Shown here: one piece after another, positions 42,101-55,500 of the stretch
Numbering within the stretch: position 1 is the stretch's first letter
How the letters are laid out: the number at the start of each line of letters is the position of its first letter
NCBI GenBank assembly: GCA_040954595.2
Contig: CM082587.2
Location: 7,057,705 to 7,121,704 of the forward strand
Source: Balanoglossus misakiensis
Lineage: Eukaryota; Animalia; Hemichordata
Reading direction: 5' to 3'
Length of the DNA: 64,000 nucleotides
The notes under the pieces: model-generated
What the model saw: the letters and a program-made list of their open reading frames with translations, nothing else
Told to the model about the DNA's origin: nothing
Database searches by the model: none
Translations under genes and position numbers: made by a program

Positions 42101-45100
42101 GTGAATTCATAAGTAATTTCACTGGATATGCTTTGAAAAAAAATCTCAATGTGATCTGTGATAAATTTCAAAGTTAGCTCCCAATATACAGATACGGTGA
42201 TGTTCTGTATAGTCTATGATTCCCCCTCCTGAAGCTGTTCTGGTGAAAATGTTCTCTTACTCCCACATGATTAACAGTAATTCTGTCTAGAAAAAATATA
42301 TGAGATTATTTCATAAAGCACAGCAGTCTCATCTTGCCGTGTCCTAAAAAATACCAACCTGTTCCAGTTCTTGTACTTTATCTCTTAAATCTCTGAGGGT
42401 AACCCTTGTTTCAGCCTCCCGTAATTTCACTGCAATCAATTCTTCTTGTAACGCCTGAATGACGGAATCTGCCTCATCCTGGGCTGCCTTGCTCATTGCG
42501 TTCTTGGGCTGAAAAAAAAAAATAATTTTTAAAATTTTAAACAGTCATTCTTTAACAGCCATCTTTCCTTTCGATTTTGTCACTTACACCCAGAAACGCT
42601 TTTACTCTGTTGCATTAAAATAACAAAATGTGACAAAGTTGGCACAAGTTTTACATGCTCACTACAAGGACTGAATAACTTTTAGACAATAGTCATAAAT
42701 ATAGGTTGGAAACTCTTACTACAGTGAGTTGTCCACCTTTTTACCCACAATGCAATTATCATGTGATTTGACCCCCTAGCACAAAGTCAAAACCCATTTA
42801 AGGTAACAAGAATTTAGGATAGATCACGTCATTACACACACAATGACAAGACCAGTCCATTACCCATGCACAAGGACATGTACTGGACTGGACAAAGGGG
42901 CAATGGATTCTTGTTCCTTTGTGTGGCAGTGTAGTGCAATACAGCCCCACTCCCCAATTGTGGCTGCCAAATCCTTAAACATGGCAAAAATCGGCCATCT
43001 TGAAATTGTGTCGACCATGTGAGATTTTTATCACCCACCTAGGTAGCCAAAAAACCTATTTAAGGTCGGGAGAATTGGGCAAAAGACCTCACCTTTTCCG
43101 TCAGTGATGCAATGATTTCCTGCGCTGCCTGCAGCTTCTGATTGGCCTGCGCTCCGTGCTGCCGCAGATTCGACAACTGTTTCTTGATGCCCACTTTCTC
43201 TTCCTCGTCCTGCGCCTTGGTGACCTGGCCCTGGATCAGTCTGTCGGCCAGGGCGGCGCTCTCCTTCTCCAGCACGTCAATTCTCTGTCTCAGCAACCGA
43301 TTCTCTGTCCTGAGTCTCTGTGAATGGATGAATGAATGAATGAATGAATGAATGAATGAATGAATGAATGGATGGGTGGATGGATGGTGAATGATTGGAT
43401 GGATGGATGAATGAATGGATGAATGGATGAATGAATGAATGGATGAATGAATGAATGAATGAATGAATGAACGAACGAACGAACGAACGAACGAACGAAC
43501 GGACGGATGGACGAATGAATGAAAGTCAGTGGTTGAATGAATGAATGAAAGTCAGTGGTTGAATGAATGAATGAATGAAAGTCAATGGTTGAATGAATGA
43601 ATGAATGAACGCGCATTTTGGCAGCAAACACTGCAGCACTGACAATAGATCACTTTTATTCTTTGAGAAAGGTGAATGACAATTAGTGTAATGCACAAAA
43701 AACTTGTAAAATCCACTCACCCTCATCTCAATCTGTTCTTCTGTTTCCTTTGTTCTTATTGCAAGGTATTCTTTTTCTAATCTAAAGTACAAAACATCAC
43801 AAAATGATTGAGTCACTGAAATACTCCACAAAATACATAACTATTTCTTGACATGTGCTCAGTGAGTGACGCATTTGATGAGCTGTTCTGTGAATAACCC
43901 TGTAATATTGTGCACACCTATGTAGCTGTAGTTTCTACATGTAATTCTATTAACGATTACCTGAAACATACCTTTTCATTTTCTTGGCGTTGACTTTCGT
44001 TTGAAAGGCTAGGTTGATCAGGTGATCTTTGTCTTGGTTATACTTGTTTGGTATCTCTCTCTGGAAAAACTGGCGACGGGAAAAAGAGACGAGAATGTTA
44101 TAAGCAAAATAGCACAATGACATGACAATGGCCACTGCAAAAATAGAATTTAAACATCTATTTTTTTCAGACACTTCCCATGTTTATTGATCAAGTTTAA
44201 CAAATACATTACACTGAGATATTAAAACAATTCACAAAATTACTCTTTATAAATACAATTTGACAGGAATACACATATTTCTATTTTCCTCTATCTACAT
44301 GGTTTTGTTTTGTTTTGATTTCACGGTTTCACTTTATTTATTTATTTATTTATTTTTTATTTGAATCAGGTTCCAGGCCCATAGAGGTATAAAGAAGCTA
44401 AAATTTATATACTGGTACACACATTAGTATAAAATATTTCTCCAGTGCCTGCACTGGAATTGAGTGGACAAATACATGTATACAGTTGTAGACACTCTTA
44501 ATGTAAAAAAAAATATTCATATCTTTGAATTCTCTTAACAAAATTGAAAAAACACACTTGTGATATAACTCGGCAAATGGCACTACACCACATACAACAA
44601 ACAGAGCTCTTACACTACAATGTCTAGACAATTGTAAAAAATGCCCAATACCAGACATTGATTGTGCAGTTTTCTGAAACTTGCCATTTTAAAACAAAAA
44701 CTATACACAGACAACCTGCAACTGGAAGATAACCAAACCATCATAGCCACTTGTTGAACAGAAGACTTTGTCAATCACAAATATTATCTTTGGTTCCACA
44801 AAAAAATGAAGAGTCAAATCTCTAGAACATGATTGACAGTACTGGGTTTCTTCAGAGCCAATTCTAATTGTGCCCAGAAGAGCTTTCTGGCCGAGTCGTT
44901 GTCTTCCTTGGGCCACTTCAAGTAGGATTTCCTCAAGAACAGTTTTCGCAGCATCCTGGGAGTTTCCTTATCCGGCATCGGTTCCAGCAGCAGCAAGACC
45001 ACGACGTCCTTCCGGTCTTCGAACAGCCGGTGGTGGGCCATCTGCATCTCAAAGTGACACCACTCGCTCTTGACGAAGTTGGGGCTCAGCACCAGCACGG

Positions 45101-48100
45101 TCTTCCGGCTGTTCTCGATGCTGTCCAGGATGTTGTCGATGATGGTCTTGCCCGGGATGAAGTCCTTGTAGTGCACGCACACCTTGAACTTGGTGTCGCA
45201 ACGACTCTCCAGGTGGGGGACCAGCGTGTGCTGCACCCAGCCCTCGTCGCCGGTGTTGTAGGAGATGAAGGCGTCGAAGTCCTTCTCCTGATCGGGGATG
45301 CGCTCGTAGCCCTTCACTTTGCAGCGGATCAGGAAGACGGCGTAGCGGATGTGCCAGCGGTAGTAGGCGGCGGTCAGCGCGGCCGCTGCGGCGACGACGG
45401 CGAAACAGCCGAGGCCGACGCCCAGATACAGGCCGGTGAGAGACTGGCACATCAGGTCGCGGGGATCAAAGTCGGCCAGCATGAGAACTCTGTAGGGGCT
45501 CGAGGCGGCCGAGCAGGTGTACGCGTGATAGTTGGGCAGATCCACGACGTCGTCCCGCACCAGCCAGTTTCTGAACCACGTCAGGTCGCAGTCGCACTCG
45601 AAAGAGTTCGTCTGCAACTGCAGCTTCTGCAGAGACGGCAGATACTCTCTGGAGATGGTGCTCTGCCCGACGGCCGACAATTTGTTGTCTGCAAGCAGCA
45701 AAGTCCGCAAGCTCGGGAGATGCCACGGGTGCCCCCGAATCTCCTTGATATCGTTTCCACTCAGGTCGAGATACGACAGGTGTACCAGCCCTGCTAGAGC
45801 GTCTTGATCTAAGATATCGATTCTGTTATTTGGCAGTTTCAAGTGTGTCAGCTGTGGCACCGTTCCGAACATCTCTCGATCCAGAACCATCTTGCTTCCC
45901 GATATGTGCAGGTCTCTAAGATTAGGTAAATACAGCCTGTTTTCCTTCCAGCTCTGCACCACGTCAAAAATTTGCGGGTTAAAAAGACGGAAGACTTCGA
46001 GGGACTTCACACCTGCCAGCAGACGCAGATCAGCTCCGTAATCACTCAGTTCCAAATATTTCAAGCCGTGAATGTTGGCAAGGGACATGTTCACACCAAA
46101 CTGGCCTTCAATGAACTGGTTATTTGACAGAACCAGCTTCTCCAATGTCGGCAGAGTCGACAGAGCAGATGCTATATAGTGAAGGTCTTGGAAGCGGTTG
46201 TCGGAGAGGTAAAGATGTTTCAACTGAGGCAGATCGTAGAACGCGGGAACGGTCGGATCTGCCACAAGCGTGTTGCTGAGATTCAGAGTTGTCAAGTACG
46301 GCAAGCTCCTGAACGAATCTGACGGAATCAACGGCTGAAGTTCGTTACTGGCTAAGCGCAATTCCGACAACCGACAGGTGCTACACTTCAGGGCGTCCAG
46401 ATTCGGGATCGACGTCAGCGCGTTCCATCTGAGATCGAGCACCCGGAGTTTCTCCAGACCCCCAAATGCATTACTGTCCACCAGGGCGTTTATCAGTCGG
46501 TTGCTTCTCAGCTCCAGTGTTTCCAAACGCCTGAAACGAGCAAAGGTGTTGTTCTTGATTCCGATGATGCCCAGGTGTAGCAGGCGCAGAGTGCGTACGT
46601 TCTCAATTCTGTCATTCCAGCCCTGAAAGTCTTCCGGAGTGAGAACTCTGCCAACAAGGCCCTGTGCCCAGCCAACGTACAGAATGTCACATATAGCGGG
46701 AAATGCCAACAGATTTTTCAACGACTTCTGATCCAGACCCACATGTTGATGGTACTGGAAATACTTTGTTTTCACGTTGGCAAATGTCCTATTTGTGATT
46801 GTCAGACCGACGCAAAAAATGCCTATGGGACTGTTAGACCTGCATCCGTTCATGGAAAAAACCTTCAGCATGGATTTGTTGTTGAAGTTTTCGTCGAAAT
46901 AAATGTCCTCTTCGAAACTGCCACCTAAATATAATCTGTCCAGGCTCGGAAAGGACAGTGCCTCAGCTGGAATTGCCTTCAGTCTCGTTGGTGATAGAAA
47001 CAAATGTTTAAGGTTGATCAGGTTGCGAAATATCCCGGCAGGCAAGTGCTCAACCAAAGCATACGACAGGTTCAACACCCGCAGGTGGACTAGGTCATCA
47101 AAAGTGTCTTCCTCGATGCTAGTGAAACAGTTACTAGCAAGAAGCAGTTCCTCAAGGCTCTCCAGTTGTTCAAACAAGTTCCTCTTCAGCACGCTGTTGC
47201 CCAGCCCCGCGTACGTCAGATCCAGTCTGGTCAAACCGGCCAGACCGCTCAGCATTTGCGGCAGCAGTACGAAGCCGTACCCGTCTTTGCAGTCCGTCCC
47301 AGACTCCACGAACTTGGTGTTCTTTCTCAGGGACAGCGTCTTCAGGCGCGGCTGGCCCAGAAAGGCGTGGTCCTCGATGGAGGCGATCGGGTTGTCCTCC
47401 AGCGCCAGCTCTGCCAGCCGGTCGAGCCGCCCGAAGGTGCTGTTGGTGATGTTCGACAGGCCGCCCCTGATGATGTGCAGGTGAGTCAGGGTGCCGGGCA
47501 GCGAGTCCACGAAAGCCTGGTCCACCCTGGCTCCCCTGTAGCGCACGTGGGTGTTGTTGAACACCTTCCATGGCGGAATGCCGCCGGAAATATGCGTAAT
47601 CTGGATTAAAACAAGGCAAGCGATGAAGTAGTCCGGGATGCTGCTGAAGCTGTGCATATTCAGCTCCTTAAGGCAGACTGTTTCACCTGCTCAATCCTGA
47701 AGGTGGAAGTGATCTCTGTGGATCTGAATGCACGACCACAATGTTTAGTTTTGCGTACAATACTTCCTCCTCAATAGCATTCTATACACAGTCTGCAAGA
47801 ACACTTCTATAAATAGACACAATCAGCACACGTTCTGGGTTTTCCCGTCTCATCAGCTGTTGTTAGGTACACAAAAGAGAATCCAGGCTACATTTGCATG
47901 CACACACAGATTCATTTGTACAGTATCCCTTATCATCCGGACATGTGCGTTAAAAAAATCTTTGGCTTCTTTCCAAGTCTGTGAGTTCTGCAGGATAAAC
48001 TCCAGGAAGTACTCTCTGGTGGAGTACATGTACCTATCAAAACTAACACTTTACAGCTAATGCAATGAGAGGTTGGAAAAAAACTGGTCACAAGTCAGTG

Positions 48101-51100
48101 GCCAAATTGAAAAGCTCTCCACCCACAAACTAATGCCACCAAGGTCACGGCTGGGTCTTTCATAAATTTTGATGATGGAAGCCCACAAGTAGTACATACA
48201 AAAAGTGGCATGTTATTGCAGGATCTGAGATTACTACATCAAAGGGAAATATCATAAATACAGTATGTCTTACAGCAAAGAGGCACTGACAATACTATGA
48301 GATTATTTCAAAAGTACTGCAAAGCATATACATATTGACAATATGGGGTGCACTGTACTAAATGTACAAGTGCGTATTTGGCAGGATTTGTTTACACACA
48401 CACAGGATTTTCATGCACCTCCAAGGGGCTTTCTGGGGATTTCAGATGTCAACATGATTGATTCTGAGCATCAAGGTGTATGTCTCTGTCTGTATCACGA
48501 GATAAAAATGTTGGCAACTTGCCGGCAGATCATTCCACTGTCAAGAGGGGTATCAAAAACAGATTATCTGAAGGTGTCATTCTTAAAGAATGTATCAAGT
48601 CAACATTTGTTGTATATAGAATTCTAAATGAATCAATCATTAAAGAGAAACTTTTTTTTATTGGACTAAAACATTTACTTGCTGGTAGACTGATCAAACA
48701 ACACAGCATTGATTTCAGAGAGTCCCCTGGTATATACGCTGATGGGTATTATTATGATCAGTATTAATAAGTCACCAGTTAAAGTCTTCTCATTATTTGT
48801 ATTGACAAAGAGGGAAGAGTCGTGTAGAACACATATCCGTGAATTCGAGGGGTATTTTATGTATGCCAAAATAGATACAGGCTACCTTTTGGGACAGTTT
48901 TTTTTTACAATTTGGTTTAAAAATGGGGGCCATCTTTCATTGGTGTAACTTTTCAACATTATTTGTAGAGCAGTCCTGTCTGTTTTTTTTCGTCATGCTG
49001 AACCCTGGATTTTCAAATTTCCGTTTAATTGTGATCTAGACGCAACAACCAAGTCTATCTGTGTGCCGTATTTAGGGTCAAAGGTTAAATGTAAATGCCT
49101 CACGACACACAGTATTACCACACGCATCAGGTAAATTTTCAGAAATTATTTACATGAGCTTTAATAACGAGAAGATTATGGTCTCACCTTAAGCATACCC
49201 TCCATATCAAGTTGTACAAGACTTGGTGCGTTATCTTCTAAGATGGCCATCCCCACTCGAAATATTATTTCCATACCCTGTTGATTAACAAACACAACAC
49301 AATACAGCACAGTGTTACACGCAAGTATACAAGTAACTGGTGTTTTCACTTACATCCCATTATGCTTAGGCAGTCGAAATCTTTCACATTGTCATTTCAT
49401 TACTGAAGACAAATACGCTTTACATACAAACTTGTTAAAGCCCCTGAAACACCATTTTTGTATATTTTTTTCATCCAATCTCATTCAAATGACATATTTT
49501 CAGCAATATAAGCTGTGTCTGTGTTGATGTATGACTTTTGTGTGACCTGTCAATGTGTTCAACATCAGGCAAATTGAACTGTAATTAGACCAGCGCCCTC
49601 ATCACACAAAAAAGAGTCTGTTTATCACGACAGTAAACTTCACGAAGTATTGGTAGATGAATACAGCATGATCAGTCTGTCATGCTACTTAGGCATTACT
49701 GTAAAACACTTTATTTTCGCGAGTTGGAATTTTCGCGATATCGAGAGAGGCCACTGTTTCACGAGTATTATTTTTCGCGTTCTCTTATTTTATTCACTGC
49801 ATCGTTATCTTCAAAAACAATTTACGCGACTTTTTATTTTCACGCTATTTTGGCTCTCGCGTATTTCGCGAACATTTATTGCTCGCGAAAATAAAGTGTT
49901 TTACAGTATTTTTACTGCGCCCAAAGATAATGTCCAACATTTTCTGGTACTTTGCGTATATGTACAACATGTATATTGGCGGCCATATTTTGGTGGTGTA
50001 CCCCAATATCCTTTCACACTCAAACTCAACTACACATTTTTTTTATGAAGCGCACCCACAAATAGAAACACATCTCAGACAGAACTTACCTCTGAAATGA
50101 AGATGTCCATAATTCTACAAGCTAGTGACAATTCAAACGAAGTTGTAAACAATGTAAGAAACCATGACGACGCGTACATCGACGTATAAAAACTCTGTGT
50201 TTGAAAATGAATATATAAATCTGGCAGGAATTCCTACAGACAAAGAAGGAAAAAAAGGACGGTCAGATTGGCAATAGTTTACTCATACCAGAAACAGGCA
50301 CAAATTTTCGCCATTTTTATTTCTGTTCAGTTCATCAACTGCAGAGTTTATGATTTTTTGTTTCTCACAGAAGCCAACAGAACTCACCTGTATAAGGTTT
50401 TCAAGCTGATACATACAAAGACCTAGTTCAGCCATACTAGGTTTAAATAATTCTCGTAAACGGTAATCTTGCATAAGTTTTACAAGCACACAGAACGCTT
50501 CTTCCTCTGGCATCTAGTAATAAAAGACAAGGACACAATGCAAGTAGAATATTACGATATGTCCCCAAAATATGATTTCAGATATGGCAATATAAAAAGG
50601 CAAAGACTGTGAAAAACAACAAATATGAATTTACTAACTGTAGTATAATTACGAATCATCAACATGTAGCAGTATCATAAGTTTTTGGAAGCATTTTAAC
50701 CCTTTCATCCCCATTTTCCTGTATAACGGTCCAGCATTGCTATTGAAATCAATGGAGTTGGACCAAACCATGGTGGTGAAAGGGCTATTCGGTTGGGTGA
50801 ATCTGCAAACATGTCACACAATTGCAGGTAATTGTAAAGTCAGTCGATGCTTGTAATGGCACAGATTTCACTCTATAGGTCAAAAGATCCAATCATGGAT
50901 AAGAGATTTTTTATATACGCCTTGTCTGGTTCTTTGTACCCTAGGAGAATCGGACTTTAATATCAGAGGTCAAAGGTCACGAGGAACGACATGACAGCGA
51001 CCTTTACGATCTACTTTGAAGTTTGATGAACCAACCCGAAAGAATACACAATCTTGTCACTCTGACATTTCCGGACACTCAGAACAACACATGTGAATCC

Positions 51101-51916
51101 ATAAACACTGCTTACATTTTGGATGGAAATTTGAGAATTACAAACACACACACAAATACCACCAAATCGTACTGCAAAATATTTCTATTCGTTCAGTTCT
51201 CAACAGAAATGTTCCCATGGGATTAGCTGCAATGAAGACATAACTTGGGGGATTTGCCAAAATATTTAATATGAATATCACCAGACAAATCGCAGACCCA
51301 CCAGAGTTTCTCAAGAGCCTACAGACAAAATCTTGGCCTGATAATCTCAAGATATCATAAGGATACTATAGGAAGCAATTTTATAAGACATATCAATAGT
51401 ACCAATAGGTAATGTAAACTGCAGTCAAGCTTGCCGACAGGCTCTTGTTTAATTTGTCGCTGAATTCTGAGTGGATAAAACTCAAGACAGGATGTCACAC
51501 CACTGATGGTTATTTTTCTCTGACATTTCTTGTTTTTTCACAGTGATGGTTCTTTTATAGTGACTGCAGAAAACGTACAAGCTGGTGTAAAACTTTAGTA
51601 CAGGTACTTCCTTCTCTACATAATGAATTTAAATTTCCTTTCTTTCTTTCTTTTATGCTTGGAATAATAATTTTAAGTCCTCAGACTTCCTTCTGACTTT
51701 GTACCACTTCTACATTCTTATTTCACTGACTTCCTCTCTGTCCACTTTTTAAGGTTTTACTTGTGAACTGAAAAATCAAAAGACAGCGACACTTACTTGC
51801 ATAAGAAGTAAACCGACAATAAAACCACACCCCTGGCAGTATCCAACTTCTCTATCATGTAGTGAGTACGCCTGTAACACAGAAATCAGGAAAATAACAT
51901 TTAACCCTTTCACCGC

Positions 51917-51947
<31 letters not shown>

Positions 51948-52036
51948 CCATTATCATCATCATCATCATCACCACCATCATCATCATCACCACCACCACC
52001 ACCACCACCACCATCATCACCACCACCACCACCACC

Positions 52037-52067
<31 letters not shown>

Positions 52068-52111
52068 CCATTATCATCATCATCATCATCACCACCATCA
52101 TCATCATCACC

Positions 52112-52142
<31 letters not shown>

Positions 52143-52276
52143 CCATTATCATCATCATCACCATTATCATCATCATCATCACCACCATCATCATCATCAT
52201 CACCACCACCACCACCACCACCAGCATCATCATCATCACCACCACCACCACCACCACCATCATCATCATCACCACC

Positions 52277-52307
<31 letters not shown>

Positions 52308-52324
52308 CCACCACCACCACCACC

Positions 52325-52355
<31 letters not shown>

Positions 52356-52399
52356 CCATTATCATCATCATCATCATCACCACCATCATCATCATCACC

Positions 52400-52430
<31 letters not shown>

Positions 52431-52534
52431 CCATTATCATCATCATCATCACCACCATCATCATCATCACCACCACCACCAGCATCATCATCATCACCAC
52501 CACCACCACCACCACCATCATCATCATCACCACC

Positions 52535-52565
<31 letters not shown>

Positions 52566-55500
52566 CCACCACCACCACCACCATCATCATCATCACCACC
52601 ACCATCACCATCATCATCATCACCATCACCATCACCATTCACCATCATCATCATGGAGGTGAAAGGGTTAAACAACACATTTTGTCCACACAAAATCCAG
52701 CTATTGCAACCTCACCTTCATGACGTTAAACAAGACTTCTTGTCCGGGTCCGTCCTTCTCCTTGAAGAACTCGTGCTCCGGATAAGTCCGCGCTATGTCT
52801 CGTTTGATGGCCTTTTCGCAAGGCGAGGTCATCTTCATGTACTCCACATACTGTTCCTTGGAGAGCGAGTCGTGGGCATTGCACAATAATTGCCAGACGA
52901 TTCCCCGGAAATGGTGCGGTATTCCTCGTCTTACAAGATCCTGCAGGCAATGATGAGAAACATAACATGATTCAGTTACAGAGCTTAGTAAATAGGAAAA
53001 TGATACTCAGATTATTATTTCTAACATAACCACCATTTTTTCTGGTACATTAAAGGTAAACAGTCACCTCCAATTTACATACCCATATATGACTGAAATG
53101 GCGTATTTGAGCGTTCTAAAGAACATATGGTGGCGCCATTTCTTTCGCGTGTGCCACCCACTGAAAATCCGCGATAGGCTAGATCTCACGTTGCTATGGT
53201 CACTGCAGATAAATTTCCGTAGGTGACCGAATACCTTTAACAGTACTTATATTTTTAATCATACATGTATCATACTTATGACCTTGTCTGATCTCTGACA
53301 ATTCAAGGACCTAGCATTTTCACTTTTCAATTTTAATAACTAATTGATATGTAATTTGCCCACAGATGATGTATAAATGTCTGATTTGATATACAAAACA
53401 GGCATGTGCATTTGTTTAGTCATTAAAATCCTGTATTGTACGAAACCATCAATTCTGAACTTATGACAAATCTCAATGATGAAGCTAATTTCAAGGAACG
53501 TAATTCTCATAGCTTTCAGACAATTTCAAAGAAAAATGGCCCTTTTATGTCCTTAATATGACGATAAGCTCTATATAATTTATGACCTCTGAGGAATGAG
53601 GACCAAATCTGCATATTTGGTTTCAGGCAGTGTAACATGCTACATGTACACGTATGTATCACATGGGAAAGTTTCCACATGACTAACACATTATTGGCAA
53701 CAGACCTTGTATTCCAGTCTGAAATCCAATATGCACCAGCACTTAACCTTTCCAGTTCTTGCCTCGTCTATCAAGTTCAGGCTAATCGCGATAAACATTG
53801 TGGTTACAACGCAGTGTAACCCACACTTGATTGGGTTATTGAGGAAACACTTCAATGCATCAGGTTATTATTTTGACATTTTCCAATTTGTGCTACTATT
53901 AAACCTTGATATTTTCCAAGATTGATTGTCATGCGAACGGCAAAATGCAAAAACTTAATTACGCGTACTGCATCTTGAAAGTATTCATTAGATTCTATTT
54001 ATAATATAGCATGAAACTTGCACAGAATAAAGAGAGCTTACCAAGTCAGTCACTGTTTTATGGTGACATGAAGTAAACATTATTTTTCCACTCCAATAGC
54101 TTTTATTAAATCTAAAGCACGAAAACATCCAAACTGATGTCTTTGGCTTGATTTCTCTTTCCATCTTGCTCATCCAGCAGTGTTCTCGCCAAAGCAATTA
54201 CGAAGAGTATCAATGTCTACTCATAATACAGGAAAACAATACAAACTCATTGTCATAACAATTGCGTGCATTGTTATGCAAATTAGCAAACAAAGTACAG
54301 TCAAACCTCTGTATAGTGGCCAGTCAAGGGACTTTCCTAAACTGGCCTTTACAGAGAGGTGACCTTTATATAGATGTTAATTAACACACATGAGAATTGC
54401 TGTAACAATGTGTCCACTATATAGAGGTGACCGCTAATAGGGGTGGCAACTAAGAGGGGTTTGACTGTATCAGAAATTTAGTAGGGAGAAAACGCGGAGT
54501 TAGCTTTCTCTTGGGATTTCCGGAAATGTCACCAAACTGACCTGATAGTCAATTTAGGGCTTCATAAAACATGCATGCGATTAGACTTTGGGCTGCCGTA
54601 CTCCCTGAACCCATGACCTTAATAACAGAAACAAACCCCACCCCCATCTTGCGACCTTATCACTTACCATTTCCACCGAAGGTTACTTCCTCGTGAGGTG
54701 TCAAACATGTACTGACAACTCTCATCTTTTATGAAGCCCCTAACCACGTACATACCATGTGACTTTTCTATCAGCTTGATTTTGATGACTTGTTAGAATA
54801 CATTTTATGCGTAGGAGTCAAATTTAACTGGGATATTCTGATTTACCTCAACTAAATTGCTTATTATTTTTTTCTATTGATGCCCTTTTGGGTAGCCTGC
54901 ACTACTGAGCAATTTTCTTCACCAGTTGACATTTCACTCTCATTTTCACAATTTAATATCATCCTCCATTGGCGCCAAAGATTTCAATATGCAAAAGAAC
55001 ATTACTAATAAGATTATCCACTAGATTAAACATTTCATTTCCTGAATCATTTATTTTAATATTCCACAATTTTTTACCCAAAACCATAATTTCAAGCTTC
55101 AGATTTTCAATTCACAGAAAATTCACATCTTAACAGTGGATGATAATGGACTAACTGACGAAAATCATGAAACATTCTGTTTTCCTGACCTTACACCTAA
55201 TGTGCTGTTCGTTTTTAGCTACATGTACTTCTTGACATTTTAATGTGGCATGTGATAATAAAAAAACACGGGAAATAAATCACAGAAAATACCAGGCAAC
55301 TGTTTAACCTCTCCACACTTTCCAATTGCAACTTGCAGAGGGGGTACTTAAATTCTCATATTTTGTCAGTAATAAAAACGTTACCCGTACAATATGACTA
55401 ATCTCCTCATTAGAATTTGTATCTGTATTGATTCACTTCCAAACTCCGGGGGTGCCGTTCAAATGAGTGTATTGATTTTACTTGCAAGCTAATTCCTCGA

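Noticed and set aside
44868-45797. 309-aa plus-strand ORF and other ORFs overlapping the TLR
   Set aside because: Antisense or alternate-frame shadows caused by high GC3; no recognisable domain.
41776-49605. Convergent CTCF-like motifs (CAGAGGGCGC; GAGGGCGCTG) flanking the TLR
   Set aside because: Only the 3' half of the CTCF consensus matches, which is expected by chance.
51776-52693. 305-aa Gly/Asp-rich and 242-aa Met/Val ORFs
   Set aside because: Read-through of an intronic trinucleotide array; only 51797-51871 is a real EVI5 exon.
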